In this document: positions 30,001-45,300 of the stretch, piece by piece
Position numbering within the stretch: the stretch's first letter is position 1
Layout: each line of letters begins with the position of its first letter
NCBI GenBank assembly: GCA_964057225.1
Contig: OZ059895.1
Span: 23,932,001 to 23,996,000 of the forward strand
Source: Auanema rhodensis
Lineage: Eukaryota > Animalia > Nematoda
Length of the DNA: 64,000 nt
Direction: 5' to 3'
Notes under the pieces: model-generated
Databases searched by the model: none
Told to the model about the DNA's origin: nothing
Seen by the model: the letters and a program-made list of their open reading frames with translations, nothing else
Program-made: the position numbers and the translations under genes

Positions 30001-33000
30001 AAATGTACACGTGATGTGCACTTGGTATGTAACTCGCTTCACGTGAAAGATAAAGAGATGCGGTTTTCAAAATTAGATTCCTCATGTCCATATTAGTCTA
30101 AAAACAAATTTTTATTGATATTGGTGCATGGTAACCATGACTTTGAAATTTACGTGAACTTTAATTTATGCTAATTAAATGTACACGTGATGTGCATTTG
30201 GTATGTAACTCGCTTCACGTGAAAGATAAAGAGATGCGGTTTTCAAAATTAGATTCCTCATGTCCATATTAGTCTAAAAACAAATTTTTATTGATATTGG
30301 TGCATGGTAACCATGACTTTGAAATTTACGTGAACTTTAATTTATGCTAATTAAATGTACACGTGATGTGCACTTGGTATGTAACTCGCTTCACGTGAAA
30401 GATAAAGAGATGCGGTTTTCAAAATTAGATTCCCCATGTCCATATTAGTCTAAAAACAAATTTTTATTGATATTGGTTCATGGTAACCATGACTTTGAAA
30501 TTTACGTGAACTTTAATTTATGCTAATTAAATGTACACGTGATGTGCACTTGGTATGTAACTCGCTTCACGTGAAAGATAAAGAGATGCGGTTTTCAAAA
30601 TTAGATTCCCCATGTCCATATTAGTCTAAAAACAAATTTTTATTGATATTGCTTCATGGTAACCATGACTTTGAAATTTACGTGAACTTTAATTTATGCT
30701 GATTAAATGTACACGTGATGTGCACTTGGTATGTAACTCGCTTCAAGTGAAAGATAAAGAGATGCGGTTTTCAAAATTAGATTCCCCATGTCCATATTAG
30801 TCTAAAAGCGAATTTTTATTGATATTGGTGCATGGTAACCACGACTTTGAAATTTACGTGAACTTTTATTTATGCTAATTAAATGTACACGTGATGTGCA
30901 CTTGGTATGTAACTCGCTTCACGTGAAAGATAAAGAGATGCGGTTTTCAAAATTAGATTCCTCATGTCCATATTAGTCTAAAAACAAATTTTTATTGATA
31001 TTGGTTCATGGTAACCATGACTTTGAAATTTACGTGAACTTTAATTTATGCTAATTAAATGTACACGTGATGTGCACTTGGTATGTAACTCGCTTCACGT
31101 GAAAGATAAAGAGATGCGGTTTTCAAAGTTAGATTCCCCATGTCCATATTAGTCTAAAAACGAATTTTTATTGATATTGGTGCATGGTAACCACGACTTT
31201 GAAATTTACGTGAACTTTAATTTATGCTAATTAAATGTACACGTGATGTGCACTTGGTATGTAACTCGCTTCACGTGAAAGATAAAGAGATGCGGTTTTC
31301 AAAATTAGATTCCCCATGTCCATATTAGTCTAAAAACAAATTTTTATTGATATTGGTTCATGGTAACCATGACTTTGAAATTTACGTGAACTTTAATTTA
31401 TGCTAATTAAATGTACACGTGATGTGCACTTGGTATGTAACTCGCTTCACGTGAAAGATAAAGAGATGCGGTTTTCAAAGTTAGATTCCCCATGTCCATA
31501 TTAGTCTAAAAACGAATTTTTATTGATATTGGTGCATGGTAACCACGACTTTGAAATTTACGTGAACTTTAATTTATGCTAATTAAATGTACACGTGATG
31601 TGCACTTGGTATGTAACTCGCTTCACGTGAAAGATAAAGAGATGCGGTTTTCAAAATTAGATTTCCCATGTCCATATTAGTCTAAAAACAAATTCTTATT
31701 GATATTGGTGCATGGTAACCATGACTTTGAAATTTACGTGAACTTTAATTTATGCTAATTAAATGTACACGTGATGTGCACTTGGTATGTAACTCGCTTC
31801 ACGTGAAAGATAAAGAGATGCGGTTTTCAAAATTAGATTCCTCATGTCCATATTAGTCTAAAAACAAATTTTTATTGATATTGGTGCATGGTAACCATGA
31901 CTTTGAAATTTACGTGAACTTTAATTTATGCTAATTAAATGTACACGTGATGTGCATTTGGTATGTAACTCGCTTCACGTGAAAGATAAAGAGATGCGGT
32001 TTTCAAAATTAGATTCCTCATGTCCATATTAGTCTAAAAACAAATTTTTATTGATATTGGTGCATGGTAACCATGACTTTGAAATTTACGTGAACTTTAA
32101 TTTATGCTAATTAAATGTACACGTGATGTGCACTTGGTATGTAACTCGCTTCACGTGAAAGATAAAGAGATGCGGTTTTTAAAATTAGATTCCCCATGTC
32201 CATATTAGTCTAAAAACAAATTTTTATTGATATTGGTTCATGGTAACCATGACTTTGAAATTTACGTGAACTTTAATTTATGCTAATTAAATGTACACGT
32301 GATGTGCACTTGGTATGTAACTCGCTTCACGTGAAAGATAAAGAGATGCGGTTTTCAAAATTAGATTCCCCATGTCCATATTAGTCTAAAAACAAATTTT
32401 TATTGATATTGCTTCATGGTAACCATGACTTTGAAATTTACGTGAACTTTAATTTATGCTGATTAAATGTACACGTGATGTGCACTTGGTATGTAACTCG
32501 CTTCAAGTGAAAGATAAAGAGATGCGGTTTTCAAAATTAGATTCCCCATGTCCATATTAGTCTAAAAGCGAATTTTTATTGATATTGGTGCATGGTAACC
32601 ATGACTTTGAAATTTACGTGAACTTTAATTTATGCTAATTAAATGTACACGTGATGTGCACTTGGTATGTAACTCGCTTCACGTGAAAGATAAAGAGATG
32701 CGGTTTTCAAAATTAGATTCCCCATGTCCATATTAGTCTAAAAACAAATTTTTATTGATATTGGTGCATGGTAACCATGACTTTGAAATTTACGTGAACT
32801 TTAATTTATGCTAATTAAATGTACACGTGATGTGCACTTGGTATGTAACTCGCTTCACGTGAAAGATAAAGAGATGCGGTTTTCAAAATTAGATTCCCCA
32901 TGTCCATATTAGTCTAAAAACAAATTTTTATTGATATTGGTGCATGGTAACCATGACTTTGAAATTTACGTGAACTTTAATTTATGCTAATTAAATGTAC

Positions 33001-34672
33001 ACGTGATGTGCACTTGGTATGTAACTCGCTTCACGTGAAAGATAAAGAGATGCGGTTTTCAAAATTAGATTCCCCATGTCCATATTAGTCTAAAAACAAA
33101 TTTTTATTGATATTGGTTCATGGTAACCATGACTTTGAAATTTACGTGAACTTTAATTTATGCTAATTAAATTTACACGTGATGTGCACTTGGTATGTAA
33201 CTCGCTTCACGTGAAAGATAAAGAGATGCGGTTTTCAAAATTAGATTCCCCATGTCCATATTAGTCTAAAAACAAATTTTTATTGATATTGGTGCATGGT
33301 AACCATGACTTTGAAATTTACGTGAACTTTAATTTATGCTAATTAAATGTACACGTGATGTGCACTTGGTATGTAACTCGCTTCACGTGAAAGATAAAGA
33401 GATGCGGTTTTCAAAATTAGATTCCCCATGTCCATATTAGTCTAAAAACAAATTTTTATTGATATTGGTTCATGGTAACCATGACTTTGAAATTTACGTG
33501 AACTTTAATTTATGCTAATTAAATGTACACGTGATGTGCACTTGGTATGTAACTCGCTTCACGTGAAAGATGAAGAGATGCGGTTTTCAAAATTAGATTC
33601 CCCATGTCCATATTAGTCTAAAAACAAATTTTTATTGATATTGGTGCATGGTAACCATGACTTTGAAATTTACGTGAACTTTAATTTATGCTAATTAAAT
33701 GTACACGTGATGTGCACTTGGTATGTAACTCGCTTCACGTGAAAGATAAAGAGATGCGGTTTTCAAAATTAGATTCCTCATGTCCATATTAGTCTAAAAA
33801 CAAATTTTTATTGATATTGGTTCATGGTAACCATGACTTTGAAATTTTCGTGAACTTTAATTTATGCTAATTAAATTTACACGTGATGTGCACTTGGTAT
33901 GTAACTCGCTTCACGTGAAAGATGAAGAGATGCGGTTTTCAAAATTAGATTCCCCATGTCCATTTTAGTCTAAAAACAAATTTTTATTGATATTGGTGCA
34001 TGGTAACCATGACTTTGAAATTTACGTGAACTTTAATTTATGCTAATTAAATGTACACGTGATGTGCACTCGGTATGTAACTCGCTTCACGTGAAAGATA
34101 AAGAGATGCGGTTTTCAAAATTAGATTCCTCATGTCCATATTAGTCTAAAAACAAGTTTTTATTGATATTGGTGCATGGTAACCATGACTTTGAAATTTA
34201 CGTGAACTTTAATTTATGCTACTTAAATGTACACGTGATGTGCACTTGGTATGTAACTCGCTTCACGTGAAAGATAAAGAGATGCGGTTTTCAAAATTAG
34301 ATTCCCCATGTCCATATTAGTCTAAAAACAAATTTTTATTGATATTGGTGCATGGTAACCATGACTTTGAAATTTACGTGAACTTTAATTTATGCTAATT
34401 AAATGTACACGTGATGTGCACTTGGTATGTAACTCGCTTCACGTGAAAGATAAAGAGATGCGGTTTTCAAAATTAGATTCCCCATGTCCATATTAGTCTA
34501 AAAACAAATTTTTATTGATATTGGTTCATGGTAACCATGACTTTGAAATTTACGTGAACTTTAATTTATGCTAATTAAATTTACACGTGATGTGCACTTG
34601 GTATGTAACTCGCTTCACGTGAAAGATGAAGAGATGCGGTTTTCAAAATTAGATTTCCCATGTTCATATCAG

Positions 34673-34820
34673 TCTAAAAACAAATTTTTATTGATATTTA
34701 CGTGAACTTTAATTTATGCTAATTAAATGTACACGTGATGTGCACTTGGTATGTAACTCGCTTCACGTGAAAGATAAAGAGATGCGGTTTCCAAAATTAG
34801 ATTCCCCATGTCCATATTAG
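34673..34820 (+). repeat. 148-bp monomer variant (28-bp deletion of monomer positions 27-54)
   Basis: GATATT is joined to TACGTG at 34698/34699 with ATT microhomology. Monomer starts are 34673 and 34821. Confidence 0.95.
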
Positions 34821-36404
34821 TCTAAAAACAAATTTTTATTGATATTGGTGCATGGTAACCATGACTTTGAAATTTACGTGAACTTTAATTTATGCTAATT
34901 AAATGTACACGTGATGTGCACTTGGTATGTAACTCGCTTCACGTGAAAGATGAAGAGATGCGGTTTTCAAAATTAGATTCCCCATGTCCATATTAGTCTA
35001 AAAACAAATTTTTATTGATATTGGTTCATGGTAACCATGACTTTGAAATTTACGTGAACTTTAATTTATGCTAATTAAATGTACACGTGATGTGCACTTG
35101 GTATGTAACTCGCTTCACGTGAAAGATAAAGAGATGCGGTTTTCAAAATTAGATTCCCCATGTCCATATTAGTCTAAAAACAAATTTTTATTGATATTGG
35201 TGCATGGTAACTATGACTTTGAAATTTACGTGAACTTTAATTTATGCTAATTAAATTTACACGTGATGTGCACTTGGTATGTAACTCGCTTCACGTGAAA
35301 GATGAAGAGATGCGGTTTTCAAAATTAGATTTCCCATGTTCATATCAGTCTAAAAACAAATTTTTATTGATATTGGTTCATGGTAACCATGACTTTGAAA
35401 TTTACGTGAACTTTAATTTATGCTAATTAAATGTACACGTGATGTGCACTTGGTACGTAACTCGCTTCACGTGAAAGATGAAGAGATGCGGTTTTCAAAA
35501 TTAGATTCCCCATGTCCATATTAGTCTAAAAACAAATTTTTATTGATATTGGTGCATGGTAACCATGACTTTGAAATTTACGTGAACTTTAATTTATGCT
35601 AATTAAATGTACACGTGATGTGCACTTGGTATGTAACTCGCTTCACGTGAAAGATAAAGAGATGCGGTTTTCAAAATTAGATTCCCCATGTCCATATTAG
35701 TCTAAAAACAAACTTTTATTGATATTGGTTCATGGTAACCATGACTTTGAAATTTACGTGAACTTTAATTTATGCTAATTAAATGTACACGTGATGTGCA
35801 CTTGGTATGTAACTCGCTTCACGTGAAAGATAAAGAGATGCGGTTTTCAAAATTAGATTCCCCATGTCCATATTAGTCTAAAAACAAATTTTTATTGATA
35901 TTGGTTCATGGTAACCATGACTTTGAAATTTACTTGAACTTTAATTTATGCTAATTAAATGTACACGTGATGTGCACTTGGTATGTAACTCGCTTCACGT
36001 AAAAGATAAAGAGATGCGGTTTTCAAAATTAGATTCCCCATGTCCATATTAGTCTAAAAACAAATTTTTATTGATATTGGTGCATGGTAACCATGACTTT
36101 GAATTTTACGTGAACTTTAATTTATGCTAATTAAATGTACACGTGATGTGCACTTGGTATGTAACTCGCTTCACGTGAAAGATAAAGAGATGCGGTTTTC
36201 AAAATCAGATTCCCCATGTCCATATTAGTCTAAAAACAAATTTTTATTGATATTGGTTCATGGTAACCATGACTTTGAATTTTACGTGAACTTTAATTTA
36301 TGCTAATTAAATGTACACGTGATGTGCACTTGGTATGTAACTCGCTTCACGTGAAAGATAAAGAGATGCGGTTTTCAAAATTAGAATCCCCATGTCCATA
36401 TTGG

Positions 36405-36575
36405 TCTAAAAACAAATTTTTATTGATATTGGTGCATGGTAACCATGACTTTGAAATTTACGTGAACTTTAATTTATGCTAATTAAATGTACACGTGATG
36501 TGCACTTGGTATGTAACTCGCTTCACGTGAAAGATAAAGAGATGCGGTTTTCAAAATTAGATTCCCCATGTCCAG
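36405..36575 (+). repeat. 171-bp monomer variant (5-bp deletion), copy 1
   Basis: TCCATATTAGTC becomes TCCAGTC at ~36574. Confidence 0.93.
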
Positions 36576-39215
36576 TCTAAAAACAAATTTTTATTGATAT
36601 TGGTGCATGGTAACTATGACTTTGAAATTTACGTGAACTTTAATTTATGCTAATTAAATGTACACGTGATGTGCACTTGGTATGTAACTTGCTTCACGTG
36701 AAAGATAAAGAGATGCGGTTTTCAAAATTAGATTCCCCATGTCCATATTAGTCTAAAAACAAATTTTTATTGATATTGGTTCATGGTAACCATGACTTTG
36801 AAATTTACGTGAACTTTAATTTATGCTAATTAAATGTACACGTGATGTGCACTTGGTACGTAACTCGCTTCACGTGAAAGATGAAGAGATGCGGTTTTCA
36901 AAATTAGATTCCCCATGTCCATATTAGTCTAAAAACAAATTTTTATTGATATTGGTGCATGGTAACCATGACTTTGAAATTTACGTGAACTTTAATTTAT
37001 GCTAATTAAATGTACACGTGATGTGCACTTGGTATGTAACTCGCTTCACGTGAAAGATAAAGAGATGCGGTTTTCAAAATTAGATTCCCCATGTCCATAT
37101 TAGTCTAAAAACAAACTTTTATTGATATTGGTTCATGGTAACCATGACTTTGAAATTTACGTGAACTTTAATTTATGCTAATTAAATGTACACGTGATGT
37201 GCACTTGGTATGTAACTCGCTTCACGTGAAAGATAAAGAGATGCGGTTTTCAAAATTAGATTCCCCATGTCCATATTAGTCTAAAAACAAATTTTTATTG
37301 ATATTGGTTCATGGTAACCATGACTTTGAAATTTACGTGAACTTTAATTTATGCTAATTAAATGTACACGTGATGTGCACTTGGTATGTAACTCGCTTCA
37401 CGTGAAAGATAAAGAGATGCGGTTTTCAAAATCAGATTCCCCATGTCCATATTAGTCTAAAAACAAATTTTTATTGATATTGGTGCATGGTAACCATGAC
37501 TTTGAATTTTACGTGAACTTTAATTTATGCTAATTAAATGTACACGTGATGTGCACTTGGTATGTAACTCGCTTCACGTGAAAGATAAAGAGATGCGGTT
37601 TTCAAAATCAGATTCCCCATGTCCATATTAGTCTAAAAAAAAAATTTTATTGATATTGGTTCATGGTAACCATGACTTTGAAATTTACGTGAACTTTAAT
37701 TTATGCTAATTAAATGTACACGTGATGTGCACTTGGTATGTAACTCGCTTCACGTAAAAGATAAAGAGATGCGGTTTTCAAAATTAGATTCCCCATGTCC
37801 ATATTAGTCTAAAAACAAATTTTTATTGATATTGGTGCATGGTAACCATGACTTTGAATTTTACGTGAACTTTAATTTATGCTAATTAAATGTACACGTG
37901 ATGTGCACTTGGTATGTAACTCGCTTCACGTAAAAGATAAAGAGATGCGGTTTTCAAAATTAGATTCCCCATGTCCATATTAGTCTAAAAACAAATTTTT
38001 ATTGATATTGGTGCATGGTAACTATGACTTTGAAATTTACGTGAACTTTAATTTATGCTAATTAAATGTACACGTGATGTGCACTTGGTATGTAACTTGC
38101 TTCACGTGAAAGATAAAGAGATGCGGTTTTCAAAATTAGATTCCCCATGTCCATATTAGTCTAAAAACAAATTTTTATTGATATTGGTTCATGGTAACCA
38201 TGACTTTGAAATTTACGTGAACTTTAATTTATGCTAATTAAATGTACACGTGATGTGCACTTGGTACGTAACTCGCTTCACGTGAAAGATGAAGAGATGC
38301 GGTTCTCAAAATTAGATTCCCCATGTCCATATTAGTCTAAAAACAAATTTTTATTGATATTGGTGCATGGTAACTATGACTTTGAAATTTACGTGAACTT
38401 TAATTTATGCTAATTAAATGTACACGTGATGTGCACTTGGTATGTAACTTGCTTCACGTGAAAGATAAAGAGATGCGGTTTTCAAAATTAGATTCCCCAT
38501 GTCCATATTAGTCTAAAAACAAATTTTTATTGATATTGGTTCATGGTAACCATGACTTTGAAATTTACGTGAACTTTAATTTATGCTAATTAAATGTACA
38601 CGTGATGTGCACTTGGTACGTAACTCGCTTCACGTGAAAGATGAAGAGATGCGGTTTTCAAAATTAGATTCCCCATGTCCATATTAGTCTAAAAACAAAT
38701 TTTTATTGATATTGGTGCATGGTAACCATGACTTTGAAATTTACGTGAACTTTAATTTATGCTAATTAAATGTACACGTGATGTGCACTTGGTATGTAAC
38801 TCGCTTCACGTGAAAGATAAAGAGATGCGGTTTTCAAAATTAGATTTCCCATGTTCATATCAGTCTAAAAACAAATTTTTATTGATATTGGTTCATGGTA
38901 ACCATGACTTTGAAATTTACGTGAACTTTAATTTATGCTAATTAAATGTACACGTGATGTGCACTTGGTACGTAACTCGCTTCACGTGAAAGATGAAGAG
39001 ATGCGGTTTTCAAAATTAGATTCCCCATGTCCATATTAGTCTAAAAACAAATTTTTATTGATATTGGTGCATGGTAACCATGACTTTGAAATTTACGTGA
39101 ACTTTAATTTATGCTAATTAAATGTACACGTGATGTGCACTTGGTATGTAACTCGCTTCACGTGAAAGATAAAGAGATGCGGTTTTCAAAATTAGATTCC
39201 CCATGTCCATATTAG

Positions 39216-39386
39216 TCTAAAAACAAACTTTTATTGATATTGGTTCATGGTAACCATGACTTTGAAATTTACGTGAACTTTAATTTATGCTAATTAAATG
39301 TACACGTGATGTGCACTTGGTATGTAACTCGCTTCACGTGAAAGATAAAGAGATGCGGTTTTCAAAATTAGATTCCCCATGTCCAG
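39216..39386 (+). repeat. 171-bp monomer variant (5-bp deletion), copy 2
   Basis: The same deletion at ~39385, 2811 bp (16x176-5) after copy 1. Confidence 0.93.
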
Positions 39387-42300
39387 TCTAAAAACAAATT
39401 TTTATTGATATTGGTGCATGGTAACTATGACTTTGAAATTTACGTGAACTTTAATTTATGCTAATTAAATGTACACGTGATGTGCACTTGGTATGTAACT
39501 TGCTTCACGTGAAAGATAAAGAGATGCGGTTTTCAAAATTAGATTCCCCATGTCCATATTAGTCTAAAAACAAATTTTTATTGATATTGGTTCATGGTAA
39601 CCATGACTTTGAAATTTACGTGAACTTTAATTTATGCTAATTAAATGTACACGTGATGTGCACTTGGTACGTAACTCGCTTCACGTGAAAGATGAAGAGA
39701 TGCGGTTTTCAAAATTAGATTCCCCATGTCCATATTAGTCTAAAAACAAATTTTTATTGATATTGGTGCATGGTAACCATGACTTTGAAATTTACGTGAA
39801 CTTTAATTTATGCTAATTAAATGTACACGTGATGTGCACTTGGTATGTAACTCGCTTCACGTGAAAGATAAAGAGATGCGGTTTTCAAAATTAGATTCCC
39901 CATGTCCATATTAGTCTAAAAACAAACTTTTATTGATATTGGTTCATGGTAACCATGACTTTGAAATTTACGTGAACTTTAATTTATGCTAATTAAATGT
40001 ACACGTGATGTGCACTTGGTATGTAACTCGCTTCACGTGAAAGATAAAGAGATGCGGTTTTCAAAATCAGATTCCCCATGTCCATATTAGTCTAAAAACA
40101 AATTTTTATTGATATTGGTTCATGGTAACCATGACTTTGAAATTTACGTGAACTTTAATTTATGCTAATTAAATGTACACGTGATGTGCACTTGGTATGT
40201 AACTCGCTTCACGTAAAAGATAAAGAGATGCGGTTTTCAAAATTAGATTCCCCATGTCCATATTAGTCTAAAAACAAATGTTTATTGATATTGGTGCATG
40301 GTAACCATGACTTTGAATTTTACGTGAACTTTAATTTATGCTAATTAAATGTACACGTGATGTGCACTTGGTATGTAACTCGCTTCACGTAAAAGATAAA
40401 GAGATGCGGTTTTCAAAATTAGATTCCCCATGTCGATATTAGTCTAAAAACAAATTTTTATTGATATTGGTGCATGGTAACTATGACTTTGAAATTTACG
40501 TGAACTTTAATTTATGCTAATTAAATGTACACGTGATGTGCACTTGGTATGTAACTTGCTTCACGTGAAAGATAAAGAGATGCGGTTTTCAAAATTAGAT
40601 TCCCCATGTCCATATTAGTCTAAAAACAAATTTTTATTGATATTGGTTCATGGTAACCATGACTTTGAAATTTACGTGAACTTTAATTTATGCTAATTAA
40701 ATGTACACGTGATGTGCACTTGGTACGTAACTCGCTTCACGTGAAAGATGAAGAGATGCGGTTCTCAAAATTAGATTCCCCATGTCCATATTAGTCTAAA
40801 AACAAATTTTTATTGATATTGGTGCATGGTAACTATGACTTTGAAATTTACGTGAACTTTAATTTATGCTAATTAAATGTACACGTGATGTGCACTTGGT
40901 ATGTAACTTGCTTCACGTGAAAGATAAAGAGATGCGGTTTTCAAAATTAGATTCCCCATGTCCATATTAGTCTAAAAACAAATTTTTATTGATATTGGTT
41001 CATGGTAACCATGACTTTGAAATTTACGTGAACTTTAATTTATGCTAATTAAATGTACACGTGATGTGCACTTGGTACGTAACTCGCTTCACGTGAAAGA
41101 TGAAGAGATGCGGTTTTCAAAATTAGATTCCCCATGTCCATATTAGTCTAAAAACAAATTTTTATTGATATTGGTGCATGGTAACCATGACTTTGAAATT
41201 TACGTGAACTTTAATTTATGCTAATTAAATGTACACGTGATGTGCACTTGGTATGTAACTCGCTTCACGTGAAAGATAAAGAGATGCGGTTTTCAAAATT
41301 AGATTCCCCATGTCCATATTAGTCTAAAAACAAACTTTTATTGATATTGGTTCATGGTAACCATGACTTTGAAATTTACGTGAACTTTAATTTATGCTAA
41401 TTAAATGTACACGTGATGTGCACTTGGTATGTAACTCGCTTCACGTGAAAGATAAAGAGATGCGGTTTTCAAAATTAGATTCCCCATGTCCATATTAGTC
41501 TAAAAACAAATTTTTATTGATATTGGTTCATGGTAACCATAACTTTGAAATTTACGTGAACTTTAATTTATGCTAATTAAATGTACACGTGATGTGCACT
41601 TGGTATGTAACTCGCTTCACGTAAAAGATAAAGAGATGCGGTTTTCAAAATTAGATTCCCCATGTCCATATTAGTCTAAAAACAAATTTTTATTGATATT
41701 GGTGCATGGTAACCATGACTTTGAATTTTACGTGAACTTTAATTTATGCTAATTAAATGTACACGTGATGTGCACTTGGTATGTAACTCGCTTCACGTGA
41801 AAGATAAAGAGATGCGGTTTTCAAAATCAGATTCCCCATGTCCATATTAGTCTAAAAACAAATTTTTATTGATATTGGTTCATGGTAACCATGACTTTGA
41901 ATTTTACGTGAACTTTAATTTATGCTAATTAAATGTACACGTGATGTGCACTTGGTATGTAACTCGCTTCACGTGAAAGATAAAGAGATGCGGTTTTCAA
42001 AATTAGAATCCCCATGTCCATATTAGTCTAAAAACAAATTTTTATTGATATTGGTGCATGGTAACCATGACTTTGAAATTTACGTGAACTTTAATTTATG
42101 CTAATTAAATGTACACGTGATGTGCACTTGGTATGTAACTCGCTTCACGTGAAAGATAAAGAGATGCGGTTTTCAAAATTAGATTCCCCATGTCCATATT
42201 AGTCTAAAAACAAATTTTTATTGATATTGGTGCATGGTAACTATGACTTTGAAATTTACGTGAACTTTAATTTATGCTAATTAAATGTACACGTGATGTG

Positions 42301-45300
42301 CACTTGGTATGTAACTTGCTTCACGTGAAAGATAAAGAGATGCGGTTTTCAAAATTAGATTCCCCATGTCCATATTAGTCTAAAAACAAATTTTTATTGA
42401 TATTGGTTCATGGTAACCATGACTTTGAAATTTACGTGAACTTTAATTTATGCTAATTAAATGTACACGTGATGTGCACTTGGTACGTAACTCGCTTCAC
42501 GTGAAAGATGAAGAGATGCGGTTTTCAAAATTAGATTCCCCATGTCCATATTAGTCTAAAAACAAATTTTTATTGATATTGGTGCATGGTAACCATGACT
42601 TTGAAATTTACGTGAACTTTAATTTATGCTAATTAAATGTACACGTGATGTGCACTTGGTATGTAACTCGCTTCACGTGAAAGATAAAGAGATAAGGTTT
42701 TCAAAATTAGATTCCCCATGTCCATATTAGTCTAAAAACAAACTTTTATTGATATTGGTTCATGGTAACCATGACTTTGAAATTTACGTGAACTTTAATT
42801 TATGCTAATTAAATGTACACGTGATGTGCACTTGGTATGTAACTCGCTTCACGTGAAAGATAAAGAGATGCGGTTTTCAAAATTAGATTCCCCATGTCCA
42901 TATTAGTCTAAAAACAAATTTTTATTGATATTGGTTCATGGTAACCATGACTTTGAAATTTACGTGAACTTTAATTTATGCTAATTAAATGTACACGTGA
43001 TGTGCACTTGGTATGTAACTCGCTTCACGTAAAAGATAAAGAGATGCGGTTTTCAAAATTAGATTCCCCATGTCCATATTAGTCTAAAAACAAATTTTTA
43101 TTGATATTGGTGCATGGTAACCATGACTTTGAATTTTACGTGAACTTTAATTTATGCTAATTAAATGTACACGTGATGTGCACTTGGTATGTAACTCGCT
43201 TCACGTGAAAGATAAAGAGATGCGGTTTTCAAAATCAGATTCCCCATGTCCATATTAGTCTAAAAACAAATTTTTATTGATATTGGTTCATGGTAACCAT
43301 GACTTTGAAATTTACGTGAACTTTAATTTATGCTAATTAAATGTACACGTGATGTGCACTTGGTATGTAACTCGCTTCACGTAAAAGATAAAGAGATGCG
43401 GTTTTCAAAATTAGATTCCCCATGTCCATATTAGTCTAAAAACAAATTTTTATTGATATTGGTGCATGGTAACCATGACTTTGAAATTTACGTGAACTTT
43501 AATTTATGCTAATTAAATGTACACGTGATGTGCACTTGGTATGTAACTCGCTTCACGTGAAAGATAAAGAGATTCGGTTTTCAAAATTAGATTCCCCATG
43601 TCCATATTAGTCTAAAAACAAACTTTTATTGATATTGGTTCATGGTAACCATGACTTTGAAATTTACGTGAACTTTAATTTATGCTAATTAAATGTACAC
43701 GTGATGTGCACTTGGTATGTAACTCGCTTCACGTGAAAGATAAAGAGATGCGGTTTTCAAAATTAGATTCCCCATGTCCATATTAGTCTAAAAACAAATT
43801 TTTATTGATATTGGTTCATGGTAACCATGACTTTGAAATTTACGTGAACTTTAATTTATGCTAATTAAATGTACACGTGATGTGCACTTGGTACGTAACT
43901 CGCTTCACGTGAAAGATGAAGAGATGCGGTTTTCAAAATTAGATTCCCCATGTCCATATTAGTCTAAAAACAAATTTTTATTGATATTGCTTCATGGTAA
44001 CTATGACTTTGAAATTTACGTGAACTTTAATTTATGCTAATTAAATGTACACGTGATGTGCACTTGGTATGTAACTCGCTTCACGTAAAAGATAAAGAGA
44101 TGCGGTTTTCAAAATTAGATTCCCCATGTCCATATTAGTCTAAAAACAAATGTTTATTGATATTGGTGCATGGTAACCATGACTTTGAATTTTACGTGAA
44201 CTTTAATTTATGCTAATTAAATGTACACGTGATGTGCACTTGGTATGTAACTCGCTTCACGTAAAAGATAAAGAGATGCGGTTTTCAAAATTAGATTCCC
44301 CATGTCCATATTAGTCTAAAAACAAATTTTTATTGATATTGGTTCATGGTAACCATGACTTTGAAATTTACGTGAACTTTAATTTATGCTAATTAAATGT
44401 ACACGTGATGTGCACTTGGTATGTAACTCGCTTCACGTAAAAGATAAAGAGATGCGGTTTTCAAAATTAGATTCCCCATGTCCATATTAGTCTAAAAACA
44501 AATGTTTATTGATATTGGTGCATGGTAACCATGACTTTGAATTTTACGTGAACTTTAATTTATGCTAATTAAATGTACACGTGATGTGCACTTGGTATGT
44601 AACTCGCTTCACGTAAAAGATAAAGAGATGCGGTTTTCAAAATTAGATTCCCCATGTCCATATTAGTCTAAAAACAAATTTTTATTGATATTGGTGCATG
44701 GTAACTATGACTTTGAAATTTACGTGAACTTTAATTTATGCTAATTAAATGTACACGTGATGTGCACTTGGTATGTAACTCGCTTCACGTGAAAGATAAA
44801 GAGATGCGGTTTTCAAAATTAGATTCCCCATGTCCATATTAGTCTAAAAACAAATTTTTATTGATATTGGTTCATGGTAACCATGACTTTGAAATTTACG
44901 TGAACTTTAATTTATGCTAATTAAATGTACACGTGATGTGCACTTGGTACGTAACTCGCTTCACGTGAAAGATGAAGAGATGCGGTTCTCAAAATTAGAT
45001 TCCCCATGTCCATATTAGTCTAAAAACAAATTTTTATTGATATTGGTGCATGGTAACTATGACTTTGAAATTTACGTGAACTTTAATTTATGCTAATTAA
45101 ATGTACACGTGATGTGCACTTGGTATGTAACTTGCTTCACGTGAAAGATAAAGAGATGCGGTTTTCAAAATTAGATTCCCCATGTCCATATTAGTCTAAA
45201 AACAAATTTTTATTGATATTGGTTCATGGTAACCATGACTTTGAAATTTACGTGAACTTTAATTTATGCTAATTAAATGTACACGTGATGTGCACTTGGT

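Noticed and set aside
19784-38941. Six near-identical 60-aa ORFs (MLIKCTRDVH...)
   Set aside because: They are satellite monomers in which the usual TAG mutated to CAG or TGG. 176 is not a multiple of 3, and the vast majority of copies keep the stop.
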